Position numbers and translations under genes: made by a program
Notes under the pieces: model-generated
Databases searched by the model: none
Seen by the model: the letters and a program-made list of their open reading frames with translations, nothing else
What the model was told of the DNA's origin: nothing
DNA from: Callorhinchus milii
Taxonomy: Eukaryota
Assembly: GCF_018977255.1 (NCBI RefSeq)
Contig: NW_024704743.1
Location: 10,170,001 to 10,234,000 of the forward strand
Length of the DNA stretch: 64,000 nt
Direction of reading: 5' to 3'
In this document: piece by piece, positions 13,352 to 24,349 of the stretch
Layout of the letters: every line of letters begins with the position of its first letter
How positions within the stretch are numbered: the first letter of the stretch is position 1

Positions 13352-13636
13352 AGTGCGCACGCGGGGACCGGGTGCGAGCGGTCAGGTGGATGGCATTAGC
13401 CCATAGGCTGGGGCTGGGGCAGCCAACCCAACAGGACCATGGTGGGCCCTGATGCGAGCCCCGGGGGGGCGCAGAGGTTTGTTTTTGTTTTTGTTGTGCG
13501 CGCACACTCCTGAAACTAAACTATGACGTCAGCGGTTCCCCCGCTCCGCCCCCACACTGCCCCCACCCCCCACAGTCGAGCTGAACTCCCTGCTGCCTCG
13601 TGCTTTATTACCTGAGAAGGTAGGCCCAGGCTCCTC
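13352..13636 (-). promoter_or_regulatory. Putative L2 5' UTR / internal promoter
   Basis: CpG-rich; CRE palindrome TGACGTCA (13524-13531), NRF1-like palindrome TGTGCGCGCACA (13495-13506), GC box (13546-13551); lies inside the TSD-bounded insert. Confidence 0.55.
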
Positions 13637-14437
13637 CCTAAAAGCCGGTGGCGGGACACAAAGGGTGGGGTCCATTAGGCTTCCATCACTGACATCACTT
13701 CCTGTGCCCTGTCCATGCACACAAGGAGTCAGCAAGCATCATGATGAGTATTTTTAGTTGTTGCTGAGACTATAGCACATGCAGGGAAGCCTTTTCTCCC
13801 TGCATGCTAGGCCGCTCCCCGCTTCCCTACATACTGCTAGGTCAACATAGGGGTGTGGATTAAGGAAACTTACCCAACATTTTGCCCTGCCCAGGAATCA
13901 AACCCAGGTCCTATATTCATTTTGTTTGATTTTTCAGATGAATATTATTTTAGATGACTATTTCAATTGAACATTCGAAAAGCTGATTAGAGAAATGTTA
14001 ACACATTTAAATAACCATGTGAACATCTGTATAAGCAAATTGCCAATAGGATTTATCTGAGAAACATGCTTTCTGCTGAAGCTGAGGTGGCTGTGAGTCA
14101 CATCGAGACCCTCCATAAGCCACATGGCTCTATGGTTCCATAACTTTGGCCAAGAATGTATAACACATCCCAGTATAGCATGGGCTGCTGATAGCTTGGA
14201 TGTTCTTTGGCTCCACACAGATGTACTTCTACCTTCCAGTACTGATTGTCCACCTTTCTGTGCCTAGCATGCAGGGAGAAAAGGCTTCCCCGCATGTGCT
14301 ATAGTCTCAGCAACAACTAAAAATACTCATCATGATGCTTGCTGACTCCTTGTGTGCATGGACAGGACACAGGAAGTGATGTCAGTGATGGAAGCCTAAT
14401 GGACTCCGCCCTATGTGTCCCGCCACCGGCTTTTAGG
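13637..14437. repeat. 175-bp inverted repeat (arms 13637-13811 and 14263-14437)
   Basis: Direct comparison: 5 mismatches, no indels. Confidence 0.97.
13826..13911 (-). mobile_element. SINE family A, 5' part of the copy starting at 9733
   Basis: CCTACATACTGCTAGG...GGAATCAAACCCAGGTCC is the expected continuation of the family sequence. Confidence 0.88.
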
Positions 14438-14624
14438 TTTTTAGCCATTCTGACTCAATCCCAGAGTACCTCCGCTTCACTCCCTCCTTCCCCAGGCTCA
14501 AGATTCTCACTTTGACATGTGTTGACATCTTTTTCACACATAAAATACAATCAATTCACTTTACAGTATATTCTATGAAGTACTTTAAGATGTCTCTCAA
14601 AGTGTCTTTGGTCAGGTTAGGTTG

Positions 14625-14779
14625 GGGCGAAACGTTAGGCAAGTTTCCTTAATCTCCACACACACACACGTGTCTGTTTACCTAGCAGTAAATAGGAGCC
14701 CAGGTTGTTAGTCGATTGGCAGATCGCTTTCCGGGGGTAATAATCCCTTATAAAAAAATAATTTGTTCACTCAATCATG
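14625..14779 (+). mobile_element. SINE family A central fragment
   Basis: TTAGGCAAGTTTCCTT...GTTGTTAGTCGATTGGCAGATCG. Confidence 0.85.
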
Positions 14780-16302
14780 CCCCACATCCCAACTGCGTGG
14801 CGGCGGCGTGGCCCTCACATCCAGGGCGTCACTTGCCCTATCCCCCTACCTCCACCGGCTCATTCCCTTTTTTCGAACACCTTACCCTCTGCCATCCCAC
14901 CTCTCTCTAAAAATCCTCCTAGTTTACTGCCCCCCCAAAATCCTCCCCCACCTTCATCTCCACCCTCTGCCTCTGCTTCGACTGCCTCATCATCCTAGGC
15001 GACTTCAACCTCCACTTCACACCTCCAGCTCCACCTCCACAGACTTCACCCTCCACCCATGATCACCCGCTCGACCTGGTGATCATCTGGGGCTTCAGTG
15101 TCTCGGATGTCATCATCGCTGACAAGGTCATCTCTGACCACCATTTCATCTCCCTCAACTCTTATATCCCCCTTCTCACTGCCTCCAAACCTACCACCAT
15201 CTTCTACCACCCGTGGAAGAAGATCTCCCCGCAATCCCTCTCCACTGCCCTGGAGTCATTCGAACTACTCCCCCTCTGGCCCAACTCTCGAGCCAACCCA
15301 CTTGCTGCACTCACTCTTCTCCACAGCACCCTCTCCACCACACTTGACGCCCTTGCCTCCCTCACCTCCCGAATTGCCTCCTATTCCCGATTCTCACCCT
15401 GGTTCACCAGCCACCTCCGCTCGCTCAAACGCCAGGTGCGGGCTGCCGAACGCACTTGGCTCAAATTTGGCCTAACGGTCCACCGCCACATCTGCCTGGA
15501 CCTCATCAAAACCTACCGCTCCACTCTCGCCTTGGCCAAATTGTCCTTCTATTCTAGGTTAATCCTGGAGGTGAAGGGCAACCCCAGGCTCCTCCATGAT
15601 CCCTGGACCCCATCCCCACCCCTCTCCTTAAATCCCAGCTCTACCTCCTTGCCCCACGACTCGCCAACATCATCAACCTCTCCCCTATCATCTGGCACTA
15701 TTCCTTCCCCCCTCAAAACAGTCATCGTCACCCGCACCTTGAAGAAACCTTCCCTTGACCCATAACAGCTATCTAGCTACCAGCCCATCTCAAACCTCCC
15801 TTTCCTATCCAAGGTCCTTGAGAGAGCCATTGCCTCCCAGCTTTCCTCTTTCCTCTCCTCCCACTCCCTCCATGAGCCCCTCCAATCAGGTTTCCCATGC
15901 TGCCCACAGCACGGAAACTGCTTTGGTCAAGGTCACAAATGACATCCTGACCATGTGTGACCAGGGCTCCCTCTGCCTCCTCGTCCTCCTCGACCTCTCC
16001 GCTGCCTTTGATACCGTGGACCACTCAATCCTCCTCCACTGCCTCTCCTCCCACCTCAACCTTCAAGGTTCTGTCCTTGACTGGTTCAGGTCCTACCTTT
16101 CACGCTGCACTTTGTTGCAGCAACTGGCTTCTCCTCCAGCCCCTGCACCATTCCTCAGGGCTCTGTCCTCGGTCCCCTCCTCCTCACCTTCTACATGCTC
16201 TCCCTTGGTGATATCACCCGCAGACATGGGGTGAATTTCCACATGTATGCGGATGATACCCAACTCTATCTCTCTGCCACCACCCTCAACTCCAGGACTA
16301 CT
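14780..16302 (+). mobile_element. L2 internal fragment (APE to RT), internally deleted, no 3' tail
   Basis: ORFs 15079-15765 and 15755-16234 are homologous to the L2 ORF ([28 protein letters not shown]). Homology stops just after YADDTQLY. Confidence 0.92.
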
Positions 16303-16354
16303 GGGGACTGTTTTTGTGGATGAGGTCTGGTTTCATGGATCCATAATTTCGCTG

Positions 16355-16537
16355 AATAATAATAATAATCCTTGCATTTAATATAGCGCCTTAAGGTGTC
16401 TTTGAGATGCTCAAGATGCGCTTCACAAGATATTCTGTAAAGTGAATTGACTGTATATTTTGTGAGCAAAACTCTGCAGCCAATTGCGCACAGCAGTGTC
16501 CCACAAAAAGCCGTGAATTGAGTAACCAATTTATTAT
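16355..16537 (-). mobile_element. SINE family A 3' half
   Basis: Tail plus Deu-like segment, ending in the AT-rich linker. Confidence 0.85.
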
Positions 16538-16790
16538 TAAATCAGTTGAGTTTAGGTCTCAGACATCATAATCAGGGTTGTACGGTACTCTGGTCATCTA
16601 TGTTACAGGGCTGGAGCTCAGAAATGAATTTACAAATTGAATGAAAGGATTGACTCACACCCACATTGATGTGACTTATTTGAGTCGAATTCACTGTTCT
16701 GGCTTTGGGTGACAAAGACATTGGGGTTTTGACATGATACAGCCTGCCGATGAGATGGAGGGAAGAGAAGCATTTTGTCTGTGTCCAGTG
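16538..16790 (+). repeat. 253-bp block duplicated at 46240-46492
   Basis: About 22 mismatches by eye, no indels; both copies abut the same SINE tail. Confidence 0.95.
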
Positions 16791-17080
16791 ATTATAATAA
16801 TAAATAATAATCCTTGCATTTGATATAGGGCCTTATTATGTCTTCAAGACGTCTCAAAGTGCTTCACAGAATATACTGTAAAGTGAGTTGATTGTATATT
16901 TTGTGGGCAAAACATGTTAGCCACTGTCCTACAAACAGTCATGGATTGAGTGACCAATTTATTATTATTATTTTTTAAAAGAAATTATTAGCCCTGGAAA
17001 AGGATACTTCCCTACCCAGGAATCAAACCCAGGTCTTTTGCTTGTGAGGCGAGTACTCTAACTACTGAGCTACAGGACTC
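16791..17080 (-). mobile_element. SINE family A with internal deletions
   Basis: Tail to head terminus GCTACAGGACTC. Confidence 0.88.
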
Positions 17081-18162
17081 GACAGGCTTGGCCTATGGTT
17101 GACACTCAATAGCAACTCTCACTCATGAAGATGGGTTTTATGAGCAAGGAACCAGAGGGCTGCCAGCGCCCGTGAAAGCATCCCCAGCATGACTTTCTGC
17201 CTTCAGAGGAGTGACGGGTAGAAAACTGTAAAAGATTTGCAAACCAGAAATGTGCACAAAGAAATGCTAAAACAAAAAAAGTGACCTTTTCAGATTAAAA
17301 ATAAAGTGAGTGGGGAGCGTTTGGAACAGACGGAAAGTTTACAAAAAGAATAAAATGGAGCAGGAAGCAACAATATAAGAGCCTGCTCTACTGGAACTCT
17401 GATTACCGATTGTTTCCCCAGAAGAATGATCTCTTTAATAACGTTCGAGACGGAACAAAACCATCCCCTTAACAACTGGGAAACCCAAAACTGCGCTCAT
17501 AAAGCTGAGTGCTTCAGCTGAACAAACGGGCATATTATTTAACACTATAAAGAGCTTTCCACTGTTATTCTGGGAAATCAGCGTGGATAACTAAGTCACA
17601 ATAAGTTACATGATGCATGGATCTGAGCAGATACTCAGCAGAGATAGTCAGGATTCTCAGACTGAAATGGTTAGCTTAACTTCATTTGTTTGGGTAATGT
17701 CATTGCTCACCTTGTTCAACAAACAGAAGGAAAATTGTACCCAGACTGATATGAAGCTTTTAAATTCTATCCAGGGCATGCTGAGTAAGCACAGAGGGGG
17801 CAACAGTTAAGGGGTTAGGTTTGCCTTTGTGCTCATAGGCAAAGGAGATGAAATTACTCAGGGTTCTTACTCCTAATTGTTGTCCAGTGACTGCTGTTGG
17901 AATATGTGTGTGTGTGGCTGTGCATGTATATATGGCTGTGTGTGGATATCAAGTGACAATAGATTTGGAATTTGGCAAATAACCTGTCAAAGCCTGGAAT
18001 CTAGTCTTATACGTGAAGAAATAATAAAATAATAATTGCATTTAATGGAACACCTATGAAGCCAAAACATCTCAAAACACTTCATAGGTCATAGCTACCA
18101 AGTGCAGTAACTGTATTTTTAGGCAAATTTGCCAATCATTTTGCACAAAACGCCATGTAGTG

Positions 18163-18490
18163 AATAATAACGATAATAATAATAATAATCCTTGCATTTG
18201 ATATAGTGCTTTTCACGTCGGGAGGACGTCCCAAAGCGCTTCACAGAACACACTGTAAAGTGAATTGACTGTATATTTGTGGGCGAACGCGGCAGCCAAT
18301 TGTGCACAGCAATGTCCCACAAACTGTCGTAGATTGAAAATGACCAATTTATTATTGGTTTTGGTTTTGGAGGGATTATTATTAGGTGTGTGGAGTAAGG
18401 AAACTTGCCCAAGGTTTCGCCCTGCCTGGAATTGAGCTCAGGTCTCTCGCTGGCAAAGCGAGTGCTCTAACCACTGAGCTACAGGACTCC
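18163..18490 (-). mobile_element. SINE family A with an L2-A-identical stem-loop
   Basis: Complete head; 18211-18238 is identical to 10037-10064. Confidence 0.88.
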
Positions 18491-18959
18491 ATCAAATCAA
18501 TTCATCTAGAGTATTGTTGGCCAAGACAGCAGAAAGCCTCCCTTCTCCTTTCAATGTCCATTGGAAGAAGCAGAAGAGAGTACAATTTAAAGACTTATCT
18601 AAAGGATGACACATCTCACCATAAAGCGGCTCCCCCTGGTACACCAATGGAGTGCCAGTCTGGACAATGAGCTCAAGACCTGACATTGGATTTGGGACAC
18701 TGAGAAACTGGGGACTGCAGAGCTGTGCTCCTGAATAAATCAGTTTTTTCAGAAGAGGAAATGCGCAAACTTATTTGAGGTACAACTGTACATGTTCTGA
18801 TGGGCTGCTGTCTCATTCACATAGATCTTTTGCTATGTCTGAGTTTACACAGTGAGTGTAAGCAGGCTCTGCCACTATGGGAATCCTAGTTTAGTCTGCT
18901 CCTGTCCTTTCCTGCACGCTGTTTAGCAGTAGTCACCCCACAGCATTCTGTGGTTGCTT

Positions 18960-19065
18960 CTCTAGCTCTGTGTCAATTGTAGCACCTCTGTCATCACCTG
19001 ACTGAGATCAGCAAACTTAGCACAGATCAACAATTGAAACTGGGACATTCCTAGTCTGTATGTTT
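18960..19065 (-). repeat. Very old SINE-like repeat fragment (family E)
   Basis: TCTGTGCTAAGTTTGCTGATCTCAG...CTACAATTG motif also at ~28215-28360 (+) and ~19310-19420 (+); heavily decayed. Confidence 0.45.
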
Positions 19066-20559
19066 CTACACAGCTACAGCTATAGAGGTCTTTAAAATGA
19101 TAAGGGGTTTTGATAGTCACTCATTACATTTCATGTTTGATGACAGGAGAAAAACCTTGAGAATCACAGCGAGGATTACATACGGCTGCATCGTACGATG
19201 CTGTTAATTTGGGAAATATGAAAAATTAACTTATATTTTTATTGATCCTCTAACTCTCAAAACACTTCACAATAAACACTGTGCCCAAATCAAAGATAGA
19301 ATGATGGTGTCTGGTGCAATCTCTTGATTGTGCTGAGCTTGTTAGGGTGTGTTATGGTGTCACAATTAATTGTCACAACTGTTGGGATCAATTGGGATGT
19401 CACAATTGGCGTCAGTCTTCCCCATGTTGAGGTCTTAACAGTCAGCAGATTCAAGGTTTCAACCCACTAAAAAAATAATCCTTTCATTTGATACCGCACT
19501 CTTCCCATCTGAAGACATCTCAAAACACTTCATAGGACTTTATTGTAAAGCTGTGTATTTGGGTAGTTGAACGGAGCAGCCAATTTGTGTACAGCAGTGT
19601 CCCTGAAACAGCCCTGAAGTGAACGACCAAAAGGTTAGATTAAGCTCTCAGCAAAGTGCCATATATGGTATTACTGTACAGAGAATGATCTGCACAGAAA
19701 GAGGCCATGCAGCCAACTGATCGGTCAGTGCAAGCCATCAACCCACCCTGTTTCCTTCTCTATCATGTGTGAACTTGATTTGAATGGCTGGGAGGTTGGA
19801 TAGCCCAACAACACAGTTAGAAAGGTACTATCTGCCTGGGGAGGGAGTAGGGGGTTTGGTCTCTCTGGGATTGAAATGGCTCCAAGGTAACTCTGTCTGA
19901 CAATGGAATATTGATCCTCTGTAGGGGTCTTGGTAGACCGGATCCCGAGCCAGACAGGCCCACAGAAAGGTAACTGAATCGTTACTCAATGCTTTGCTAA
20001 TTACCAATGCTGTTTAATAATTAACTGTGAGGTAACACTTTAAAATTATGCTGCAAATCTTTAATTTTGCTCACCAAACATATAAACTGGGGTGTATCAT
20101 ATATGCCATTAAGATTCTCCAATAACTTCCAACTTGGTTTATTGCACGAGTTAGACAGTGAAGAAACACGCATGCTGGAATGTAATTCATTGTCTGTGTT
20201 GTTAGTCCACAGTGAAGATAAGAAGCTCCCAATAAACCTGGATCGAACCAACCCATTACACAATGTGAATTGGAATGGATGTAAAGTGCTTTTTATATGT
20301 ACAGTGCATGTACAAACAGGATAAAGGACACATCAGGTCCTGTTGAAATAGATGGGCACAAAACCCTGTGATTTTTTAAATATCATGCCAGCAAATCTAG
20401 TGCTTGCACTAAATATGACCTTTGGACACACCAAATTGAAACAGTCACTGGTGAGGGCACATCCTCAGATCGAAGCCTGGGAATGTACGGGATGCCCTGC
20501 AAGGACCTGCAAAGGTACATCATGTATATCTGGGCAATATATGCCTGGGTGCAGCATTT

Positions 20560-21177
20560 GTTTTTGGTCAGCCTGGTGTCTGACACATGTGGAAACCCAT
20601 CATCATGCTTAAGAGTATCCAAACCAAATTGAGAATTCCATGCATCTCACCTACACATGGAGATTCCAGAGATGTTTATTGGAATGGAATTTGCATTCTT
20701 TCATTGGACGGATGAATCCAGCTTATCTAATGTTGGAAAGTATTTGGTGCAGTTTTGCCAAGGCTTGGGGACCCCAGAGTGTGTGTTGGGGAGGTACTGG
20801 AAGCTAAACAGCTAAAACTGCATAGCTTCCCATTGTCAACACTGCCTGGCATGCTTTCCTGCTGCTTGTCCAGCTAGGACCACCCTACCCATTAAGGTTT
20901 GGTTTGCAGGGTTAACAGTGGAGCTGAATGGAAAGAGTCCCTGCTCCTAGGGCCTAGTCTGCCTTTCCAAGTCCTGCCAATGAGTCAGCCTGGTTGTCTG
21001 ACTGCCATCAGCGGTGCCCTGGAATACTGCGGATCCCCCGCTTTAGGAACTGGACTACTGAGGACCTCCACAGAAGGTGAGCTTGATTCCAACATTCCTT
21101 TGCCAAACATGTCACCTTGGACCAGTTCAACTCGGAGTAGACCCCGCTTACTTCCGCCTCAAGGAGGATAGTAGCAT
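20560..21177. repeat. Unclassified old interspersed repeat (family C), longest fragment
   Basis: Same orientation at 25988-26285. Opposite orientation at 19825-19965, 24053-24145, 44940-45200, 52540-52858, 53350-53380, 54240-54425, 58622-58872 and 62560-62690. Confidence 0.8.
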
Positions 21178-22311
21178 GTATGTGTGTATTGGTGACGCAC
21201 ATGCACATACATACAGTAACATTTAATGGAACACATGTACACAGAATCACATGCATTGAAGTCTAAAGCATCTGATACCCTCTTGGGCACTTTGCAATGG
21301 TACGACCTTTGCTATCGATATTTGTAGCATGGTAAAATCTGTCAGCATCTATTACAAAGATTATAACAACAACAACTTGTATTTATGTTGCCACTTTGTG
21401 CAAGAGAGAGTCTCTGAGTGCTGAAATAGTCCAAACCTGAGATTATACATGATATTAGTTAATTTCTCTGAGGTAAAATTCTTCAGGGGTCCAGATTTAC
21501 TCTATTTATGTATTATGAATTTGACGGATTCTTAAATAACATTCCTAATATTGAAGTTGGTTTTCTGTAAATTGTTCTTTTAATCATGTAATAATAATGT
21601 CTCAAAGTGCTTCACAAAGTTTATAATTATAATAATGATCATTACGTTTGATACAGCCCCTTATCATGTCATTGAGACGTCTCAAAGTACTTCACAGGAT
21701 TTTAATAAAAAAGTAATAATCCTTATATTGGGTATGACGTCTTTCACTTCAGGAGGACCTCTCAAGGAGGTTTGAAGACTTGTTAAGTGTTGTGACTATG
21801 TTTATTACTAGACACATACAGCAGATCGATTTGCACAACGCAATGTCCCACAAATAATTGTGAAGTGAACTATCAAGTTAATTTGGGAGAATTGTTAGCC
21901 AGGATCCCGGGGGAAGCTCCCTTCTCTTTTTGAATACTATTTCAGCTAACTGTAAATGCAGGGTGCCTTGGTGAATTTGGAGCAGACTAGCTGCCACTTG
22001 TCATAGTTTATAATGTCAACATGGGTTTCTGCCCTGCAACTATGGGGCGTGGGCATGGGGATACGGTATGTAATCACATTATATATCACATTTCTTCCCT
22101 TCCCCCCACTCTACAGGCGTGTTAGAAACGTGAGAATAGGCAAGCATATTGCCCTCAGCTCAAATGTGTTTGGAATGCACTGCACACACAGAATGAGCTC
22201 TGCACAGTCACAATATCGAGGGGATTTTCAGTACGTTGTATTTTTTCATACAAAAAATATGTTTGGCGATGAATGACTACACTTCTGGCAGCACTCCACA
22301 CCAGGTCTGGA

Positions 22312-22672
22312 AATAATAATAATCCTTGCATTTGATATAGCGCCTTATCACGTCTTCAAGACGTCTCAAAGTGCTTCACAGAGTATACTGCAGTGAATTG
22401 ATTGTATATTTTGTGAGCGAAACGTGGCAGCTACTTGCGCACAGTAGTGTCCCACAAACAATCGTGGATTGAAGTGCCAATTTATAATTTTTTGTTAAGG
22501 AACTATTATGCCTGGAAAAGTGATCTGCCAATCGACTAACAACCGGGTTCCTATTTACTGCTGGGTAAACAGTGGTGTGTTGAGTAAGGAAACAATGTTT
22601 TGCCCTGTCGGAAATCGATCTCAGGTCTCTTTGTTTGCGAGGCAAGTGCTCTAACCACTGAGCTTTTCTACT
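22312..22672 (-). mobile_element. SINE family A, near full-length
   Basis: Head, body and tail present. Confidence 0.9.
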
Positions 22673-23049
22673 CCACAAATGTCCTCTGCATTACCAGGAA
22701 CCCCATCAACATAGTAATAATGTTTACATTTCATATCACTCCTTATCACATCGTTGAGACACCTTAGAGCGTTTTGCAGGATACACGGTAAAGTGTTGTG
22801 ACAGCGTATGTTGTGGTGAATACGGCAGCCAATTTGGGCAAAGCACTGTCCCACAAACAGTCATGAAGTGAATGGAGTGAAGGAAGTTTCTTCTGGCGTT
22901 GTGGTCAACATGTCCCCCACAGTAAATGATTCTGCATCATGTGACTCTTTGTGGGTCCTTCTTGCTGTGGGCCAAATAGTTGCCCCATTTGTCTACAAAA
23001 TAAATCACTACACTTCACAATAATTCAGGTTCCTTATTCAGATTGCGTA

Positions 23050-23481
23050 AACAGATTGCATAAACTTGGTCTGTATTCCCTTGCGTTTAGAAGGTTGAGG
23101 GTGATTTGATTGAGGTGTTTAAAATGATTAAGGGATTCAACAAGTTAGCTACAGAGAAACTATTTCCTCTGGTGGATGAATCCAGAACAAGGGGGCATAA
23201 ATTTTAAAATTAGAGCTAGGACATTTAGGAGTGAAATCAGGGAGCATTTTGTCACACAAAGGGAAGTGGAAATCTGGAATTTTCTCCCCAAAAAGGATGT
23301 GGGTGCTGGATCCATTCAACTTTTCAAGACTGAGGTCGATAGATATTGATGTTTGTTAGGTAAGAGTATCAAGGGATATGGGGCAAAGGGCCCACTGGAG
23401 TTGAGGTATAGATCAGCCATGAACTAATAGAATGACTGAACAGGCTTGAGAGGCTTAATGGCCTACTCCTGTTCCTATGTT
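23050..23481 (+). mobile_element. CR1 3' fragment
   Basis: Homologous to 41560-41990; ends GGCCTACTCCTGTTCCTATGT. Confidence 0.9.
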
Positions 23482-24349
23482 GCTAGAAATCCCATTAAAA
23501 AATCCTGCAAAATAGACCTCACTGACTGTCATTGCTGCTGCTGCAGGCGCCGAGAATTGACGGTTACGAGATGTGCCTCTCGACATCAGTTCCTTACATC
23601 AATGTGCAATGGAGCACACCTGGCGCTGTTTCTTCTGCCAAGTGCATGGATTCCTCATGTTAGATGCAACTCTGATTGTACCCTGACAGCAAAAGGAAGC
23701 ACCGGGAATCAAAACTATTTTTCCAGTGACTTTGTAAAGCTGTCTGACTGTTGGAAATGCTTATTCTCACCAGGCTAATCAATGTTTGCCATCACCAAAC
23801 ATACAGAGTCTAATGTATTGGGACACCGTGTAGTCAGAATGTTAGGAAGATATCACTGAACAACAGCAAATCAAAACAATCAGCCTCACAGAGCAGCAGA
23901 GTTGGTTTACACTGCACCGTCAGCTCAATTGTGCTGAATGCAAAATATTTTCCACCTAGTGATCGAAAAAAAGTTATTGGAATAATAGTCCTCAGAATAC
24001 ATCTATAATAGCAAAAGGGAGCTCATCAACAACAACAAACTGCATTTATATAGCAGTACCCCCAAGCCTTGCCTCATACCAGTGCCTAATATATTCCGGA
24101 ATTAGGTAAGCAGGATGCTTCCCTCCTGGGAGAGAGTGTACACTTTATATAACCTGAGCATGTTAGACCTTCAAGACCTGTATTATGGTACTACATAATA
24201 AAATAATAGCATCTATAGCCTTCTATTAGTAATGTCACCTTCAAATATTATTGGACAAGCTCCACCTGATGAGGGTAACATTTCTTAACAGATTCATTAT
24301 GGTGTCAACATTCACATTTTTCCATTTATTACCAAGAATTGGCTGCCGG

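Larger units (their letters stand above)
10000..13636 (-). mobile_element. L2-clade LINE (subfamily A), apparently full-length, single-ORF type
   Basis: ORF pieces give APE motifs ([33 protein letters not shown]) and RT motifs ([46 protein letters not shown]). It has a 3' stem-loop and (TTG)n tail at ~10000-10065 and a GC-rich leader. The whole insert 10000-13825 is flanked by TSD CCTACATAC. Confidence 0.95.

Noticed and set aside
13490..13820. Host-gene CpG-island promoter
   Set aside because: Lies inside the TSD-bounded insertion; better explained as the L2 leader plus captured flank.
13637..14437. DNA transposon or MITE with 175-bp TIRs
   Set aside because: No TSD outside the arms, and the spacer contains the L2 TSD and the rest of the split SINE.
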